Below, in pieces: positions 54,509 to 60,268 of a stretch of 60,268 nucleotides of DNA. The notes beneath the pieces were generated by a model. The model saw nothing but the letters and a program-made list of their open reading frames with translations, did no database searches and had not been told where the DNA came from. The translations under genes and the position numbers were made by a program. Position 1 is the stretch's first letter; every line of letters starts with the position of its first letter. The stretch comes from Craspedostauros australis. Lineage: Eukaryota. Location: positions 1 through 60,268 of the forward strand of contig JALAGF010001672.1 of assembly GCA_030167865.1 (NCBI GenBank). Direction: 5' to 3'.

Positions 54509-56259
54509 GTTTACATGTGACAGAGTACGAGCTATGTGCGCTGTTGTGGTTGTGCTGATGTTTTGTCTTCGTCGCTGGTCTGGGGCCCTTGCGTTGGGTC
54601 TGCGCTGTGCATTCTTCTGTTTTCTGTCGATGGTGACACGTTTTGTTGTTCGCTGAAGTTGGTGGCTCCAATGGCGGATCGTGTGTCAGTGGTGCGTGTC
54701 TCGTGGCGTTCTCATTTTCAATGGAGGCCGTCAACAAGTTCCGGTACTGATGGCTTGGTTGTCCGCAATGCTGTCAACCCTTCGCGAGAGGGTCTTCTGG
54801 ATACGACGTGCGGTATCCGATCTGGTTTGGGGGAAACGCCATCTCTTCTCCCAGAGCAGAATTTCAATTCTCGTCGTTGCCGTCGTTGCCGCTGTTGCGA
54901 TGTGTAGAGTATTTCAATTCTGCCGTTGCCAAGGCATTTCATAGCTCGGCACATAATAGATCTGCCATACCCTGACATTTGGAGTGCAACTGTGTCGCAA
55001 TGGAATGGGATATGCTTTGGTCTCTGCGTCGCTGTCCTCTCTCTAGGCGGTTGAGATCCTGCAATCTTGAACGATGCAAATATTCGTGGCACGTCGAGAA
55101 TTGAGACATCGCGATGATCATTGGAAAGGTTCTTGCGTGGGTATTCATGCGTGTGTATGGTAGGTACGACAGAGTTTGATTGTTGGTCATGCTGTCATGT
55201 CCGTGCCATGTTCGTTCTTGACGAGCAGTACTCTCGTACCATCCGAGTACACCGGGGAAGATGAACTCGTGGACCAGAACATCACATCACATCACATCAC
55301 ATCAGTACCATAGATCGTACTCGTAGCACGTGTTGGTCTCTGATGCCATCATCTTTTGTTGAAGTTTGCTGTCGACATGGGGTCTCGATTACCCGTGCCC
55401 GTGCTCGTACTTGTATTGCGCCATCGTACCAAATTATGATTGATACACCTGCCATCGTATCCGTATCCGCATCCGCATCCAGCTTCATGTCCACAGGGAT
55501 GGGGCGACTGCTTTCTGGCTGAAGCGTGCTGAATTATTGGTTGGATCATCAGGCTCATATATTCCGTATAATAGAATGAAATACTATACTCGTACCCACG
55601 AGTGTGTGTGTGTGCGCATACCATGTTCCTGCCCAGGCAATCTCAGGATTCCCAACCAGATGGGGGATCTCATTTGTGGTGATGAGGCGAATGCCAGGAT
55701 ACGAGCAGGAGTACATCGTGCCAGGAGTTGTATTCTCCTCCCGATTCCAGAGTGTTCCGGCAGCTTGGGCATAGCAGATCAACTTCGTGTGACCTGAGGA
55801 GAGCAGAGCACTCTGGCTGGATTGCCCCCTGTCGTGGATGCGATTGGCGATTGGCAGGTCCATCTGGTGCCTGATATCTGATGTCTTCTCGTTGCATTGG
55901 TGTTGGTATTGCCAATGCTGCTGTTCCTGAGGACGTCCTTGACGGCATTCGTCATGACCATCGGCAGCGAAACCGGTCACCGGCATCCATCTCTCGTCAT
56001 GCTGCAATGCTTCCTTCGCTCGCCGTCTTTCCTGCCCACAAGGCTAGTTGTGTTGGCCATGACGATCGGCATCATCCATTGCTCACCATCGTCGGCCACG
56101 ATTGCCCGCTCGTCGTCTCCGGAATTCACATGGGTGTATCAGCACAGCGCACCAAGCCGGACAACACAACAGGCCGGACAATGCAACGCAGAGCTGAATT
56201 CGAAATGAAAACGGAAAGAAACCGACGGCGTGGCGCGAGACGTGCGGGATGCGTGAGAT

Positions 56260-56268
56260 GCACGTGCC
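56260..56268 (+). promoter_or_regulatory. GCACGTGCC palindromic E-box matching the CACGTG-core motif reported upstream of low-iron-induced diatom genes
   Basis: Exact sequence gcacgtgcc lies ~670 bp upstream of the ISIP2a-like ATG. Function is inferred from context only. Confidence 0.4.
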
Positions 56269-56392
56269 TTGGTGACGAGGGTTGAAGTCAGACCCATCGA
56301 CAGTTCCGATCTTTCTTTTTTCGCAACAGGGTGGCGTCTGAAGATTGGCGTGTGTCAGGCTCGTGGCTTGATCTAGAACTGGTGGAAATTGG

Positions 56393-56404
56393 TTCCACGT
56401 GGAA
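56393..56404. promoter_or_regulatory. Perfect 12-bp palindrome TTCCACGTGGAA (G-box core) upstream of the ISIP2a-like gene
   Basis: Directly visible ~530 bp upstream of the ATG at 56934. Confidence 0.4.
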
Positions 56405-56933
56405 GGGAATGGCAATTTGATCGCGTGCTGGATGCGTGCTGGGTGCGTGCCGGGTATCTTTGATGTCACATTTTGGCCAGCACACGTCTTTTCGCCACAA
56501 ACGCAAAGAAAAAGGCGCGTGTCGTTCCTTCACGCGTCACGATTTCGCCGTGTGAGCCAACCAAGCCGCATCTCTCGTCATGTATCGAGCACACGATTTT
56601 GGTGCGCGGTTGCCAATGGCGGCATCATGCCCTCACTCCTTGGTGTGATGATGTGTCACTGCTTGTTGTTGCAGGTTGCCTTTGGTGTGGATCGTTCGGC
56701 GAGGCAAGGATTCTGTTTGGCTTCTGATGTGTTGCAACGCAATTGCACGCATGACACCTGTCATCTCCTGGTCGTTCTTGTTGTCTGCACGCCATCCTTC
56801 TCGCATCCTTCCCGCATCCTTCTTTCAAGTTTCCTTCGCCTTTCCTCTGTTTTGCTTCTATTCTCTCACAAAAACAAATCTTGTACAAAGGCAAACCACA
56901 CAACAACCAACAACCAACAACCCAATTTCCATC

Positions 56934-58646
56934 ATGGTTCAGTTCCGCTCCCTCGCCCTCCTCTCCGTCCTCGCCACGGCCGCCGCTTCTACCGAGAAGA
57001 TCGCCAACTATGAGCCAGAGACCAAGGTCACCGACCACGTACGTAACAATACACCACCCCCATGCATTCAGCATGTCCATTCAGCATGTCCACTCAGCAT
57101 GTGCAGTATGGATAGATCCAATCATCATTGCAACAATGCAACTGCGCAAGCCGCTGCTGCTGCTGCTGCTGCCGCAACACCTTTCTCACGTGTCTTCACA
57201 ATCCAACCATTCCGCCGCCATGCCCACCCCCACTTTAACTCCTGATGCCCACAGAATGCCCTCGACCAGGACCAAAAGCTGATCGAGACCCTCCTCTCCG
57301 AGACCAACAACGACCAGGCCTTCAACCAGGCCAAGGCCGTCTACGAGCAGGGAGCCTTCTCCAAGTCCGTCGCCACCCTCCAGGTCACAGCCCTCACCGC
57401 TGCGTTCAACAAGGGAGACAAGGTCACTGGAATTGATGTCTCCGGAGAAACCGTCACCGGAACCGTCTTCAAGAACGTTGCCATCGGCGCAGACGAGCTC
57501 ATGGTGCAGTACGACACCACCGCCATCCAGGCCACCTACGTTGACTGCAAGGTCGGAGCAAACCCCGATCCTGTCACCAGCGGATGCCTCAAGCAAAGCG
57601 GAACCATCACCATCGAAGGTTTCGCCACCCCAATCACCTACCAGTACGTCGTTGGAACCGACAACAACAACGAGCGCAACATCCAGGGATTCTCCCTCCA
57701 GGCTGAGGACAAGATGTTCGATTGCGGCAAGGGATGCCCACACGCCACCTACAACAAGTTCTTCAAGTACTACGGATTCCACAACTACGCCGACAAGTGG
57801 GTGCAGGCCGCCTTCGCCGGAAACAGCGCCGGACTCACCAACGGTAACGCCGACTTCTCGCAGTACACCAACATCGGAAAGGAGCAGATCATCAAGAAGG
57901 CCACCTCCTACATGCACATCTGGATGTACGTCATCCGCGAGATGGAGGACGCCGTCAACGACTGCAACGACAACTGTGCCACTGAAGGATGCAACGACGA
58001 TCCAGTCCACGCGTGGGACGAGGCCGTCGCCTTCTACACAGGATCCCTCGAGGGCACCGACGGCTCCGGATCCGGCGTCATGCCATATGCCCTCGCCGAC
58101 AAGCGCTGCCAGAACTTCAAGACCTGCGGCGTCGATGCCGACCAGGTCACAGGTACGTCCAACGTCAACCTGGAGATCTTCCAGGAATTCCGCCAGGGAA
58201 TCGACAAGCTCGTCGATAAACAGTGCGCAGATGGCCGCGCCCACCTCGAGGCCATCGAGAAGCAGATGTTCATCCCGCTCATCCAGGGAACCATCAGATA
58301 CGCCTACAAGGTCGGCGTCGACGGCGACGGCGAGCAGTCCAAGTCCGAGGGTGCTGCCTTCGCCGCCGCCATCCTCCCAGTCGTCCACGCTTGCGACGAA
58401 GACGATGCCACCACGATCTACGACAACATGCGCGTCGGTGCCTCCTCCACCGACTTCGAAGCCGTCAAGAAGGCCTTCGAGAGCCAGTACAAGTGCATGG
58501 GAGTCGACGGCAAGAAGGTCGGTGGACTCTGGAACGACGACCTCCAGAAGTACTACGACGGAGCCGAGCCAAGCAGCGCCTCCATGACCACCACCATCCT
58601 CGCCTTCGGTGCCGCCGGTGTTGCCGCCGTCAGCATGCTCTTCTAA
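56934..58646 (+). CDS. ISIP2a: ISIP2a/FEA1-family (phytotransferrin-type) iron-starvation-induced cell-surface protein; 2 exons, 498 aa
   Basis: Exon 1 is 56934-57038, the intron is 57039-57254 (GTACGT...ACAG) and exon 2 is 57255-58646. The junction gives IANYEPETKVTDH|NALDQDQ. Has a signal peptide, the FEA1-domain motifs YVIREMEDA, VHAWDEAVAFYTGSLEG, YALADKRCQNFKTCG, MFIPLIQGTIRYAY and EGAAFAAAILP, and a hydrophobic C-terminal anchor. Codon bias is very strong. The assignment is family-level; orthology is untested. Confidence 0.85.
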
Positions 58647-60268
58647 ATCCTGACCAGTCCATCAATCATACCCGGCAGCGCAGCCGCAGATCACGACATA
58701 GCACACTACAAACGACGTCGAACACAGTGCTCCGCATGAACTTGCAACGCTGTATGCCCCATCAGACTAGTCGCTCCATCGTTTGAGCGCAGTAATGTAA
58801 CTCCAGAAATGCAATAGCCAAAGCACACGTAACATCTTCTACCCAGCCTTTGCTTGAAACTTGACCAGCCCACAGCTTGCAAATGGCAGGTTTGGCCCTG
58901 TGCGACGCGAATCATGATCTCTCCACACGCTTCACACCCATCTCCGTTTCTGACATTACGCACTATCATCTTTCGTAATCTAGCACTCGTGTGTCAGAGA
59001 TCAAACACGAAGGAGCGCGTCTTCCAGATCAAGGTGAACAAGTATTTGTGAGGAGCACCGAACAAACTTAGGGTACTTTACTGCCAACGTATCGTGATGG
59101 AAGAAAGTGGAGGAGGGTAGAGTACTTCCAGGTACGGATGCACGTCAGGATCGACGTCGTCCGAGGCACTCCCCTTGTCATCTTACGGGTACAGCGCTGC
59201 GACAGAATAGTAGAGCGTTGGCGCCATTTCCAGGAAACCAGATGTGAGATTATACCTTCAATATGGTACCAAGAAGAACGGAAATGGACTAAATCGACTA
59301 TAAGGACAATCAACATAGTACCAGCCAACACAAGGACAACAATAGTAGTACATATTTGAGTGTCTGTCTGTTTACCAAGAAAGAAGTCATACAGACATGG
59401 TTTGCATGTTCGTGGAGTGTCTGTTTGTATCTTGTCTGTTCATTTCCTGTTGAGCCATCGAACCACCCCAGAATAGGGACAAGGAGGATAGCCAGTTTCG
59501 CCGCGTGCGAGCTATTCGTGTCCGTATGTGTCTATTACTGTCATTATGCTCGCTGTCTGACTTCGTGGATCCATGCGGGGGTATCGGATCGACGTTGTCG
59601 ACGGGTGCAGTGCGCAGTTATGCCAGACAGGGCTGCTGCGACACCTCGACTCAGCTCAGTCGCTGCTGTTCTGGGGAGCTATTCCACTCCCTTCCATTCC
59701 AACCAGTTCCGTCCTGTTCCGTTCCGTTTGGGTCACCGACGAGGTATGGCTGGGAAGATCCGCTCTCTTCTTCATTGGCCATGATCGGTCATTGGCGCCA
59801 GCGTCGATCCTTGCTCCGCGGACCAACAGGCTCAGAGCCATCCGACCACAGCAGGTCGAAGATTGAAGAACCAGTCAGCACGCCGCTCTGCTCCACGGCG
59901 GCCAATTGCGCAGTGCACCGAAGAAGTGCTCTGCCAGTATATCCACAAGGATTTTTCGTCGCACAAAAGTCGAAAAATTGCGTCAGGACGCAACAGTCCG
60001 ACACAACCTCCAAAACCTTGCGTCCTGACGCAACCCCAAAATTAACGCGTAAATTTTACACGAGACTTGTTTCTGATTGACCACATCGAATGGTCGCAAT
60101 CTAAATCGGTTTATTTAGAGAGTTTTCTGTTCAGTCTTTTGCTCGCAATGAGCCGTCCATTGTCGATCCTCATGCAGTTTCAAAGGGATGTACTTGTGTT
60201 ATTCCATCAACAACTGCTAGTATGTTTAGAGTTTACATCTCTGACGTTTCCCTTGGGATTCTTCCTTC

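Noticed and set aside
57186-58587. 400-aa antisense and 384-aa alternative-frame ORFs over the ISIP2a-like gene
   Set aside because: Artefacts of extreme codon bias in the real frame.

Overview
Eukaryotic, gene-sparse window from a diatom-like (stramenopile) genome, judged from its GT-AG introns, a bipartite plastid-targeting signal and diatom-typical protein families. About 17 protein-coding genes can be supported, six of them with one intron that I could place in frame. In order: the acidic 3' end of a gene; an RVxF-motif low-complexity protein; a tandem array of four coiled-coil genes, three with a C-terminal MORN module (3.1-12.6 kb); a silicanin-like type-I membrane protein; a bacterial-type agmatine deiminase carrying a spliceosomal intron; a DUR3/DUR31-like solute:sodium symporter; two diatom-type hypothetical proteins; an ankyrin protein; a ~1319-aa secretory SET-methyltransferase / aminopropyltransferase / degenerate AdoMetDC fusion of the kind proposed to make long-chain polyamines (LCPA); two tandem paralogues with a Cys/His N-terminal domain and ~8 MORN repeats; a plastid DUF3119 protein; an enoyl-CoA delta-isomerase; and an ISIP2a/FEA1 (phytotransferrin-type) gene with CACGTG elements upstream. 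The best candidate for an undescribed system is the 14.5-40.3 kb neighbourhood. It groups a biosilica membrane protein, a putrescine-pathway enzyme, a putative polyamine transporter and an LCPA-type fusion enzyme, which suggests a silica/polyamine gene cluster. All family assignments come from recognising motifs by eye; no searches were run.
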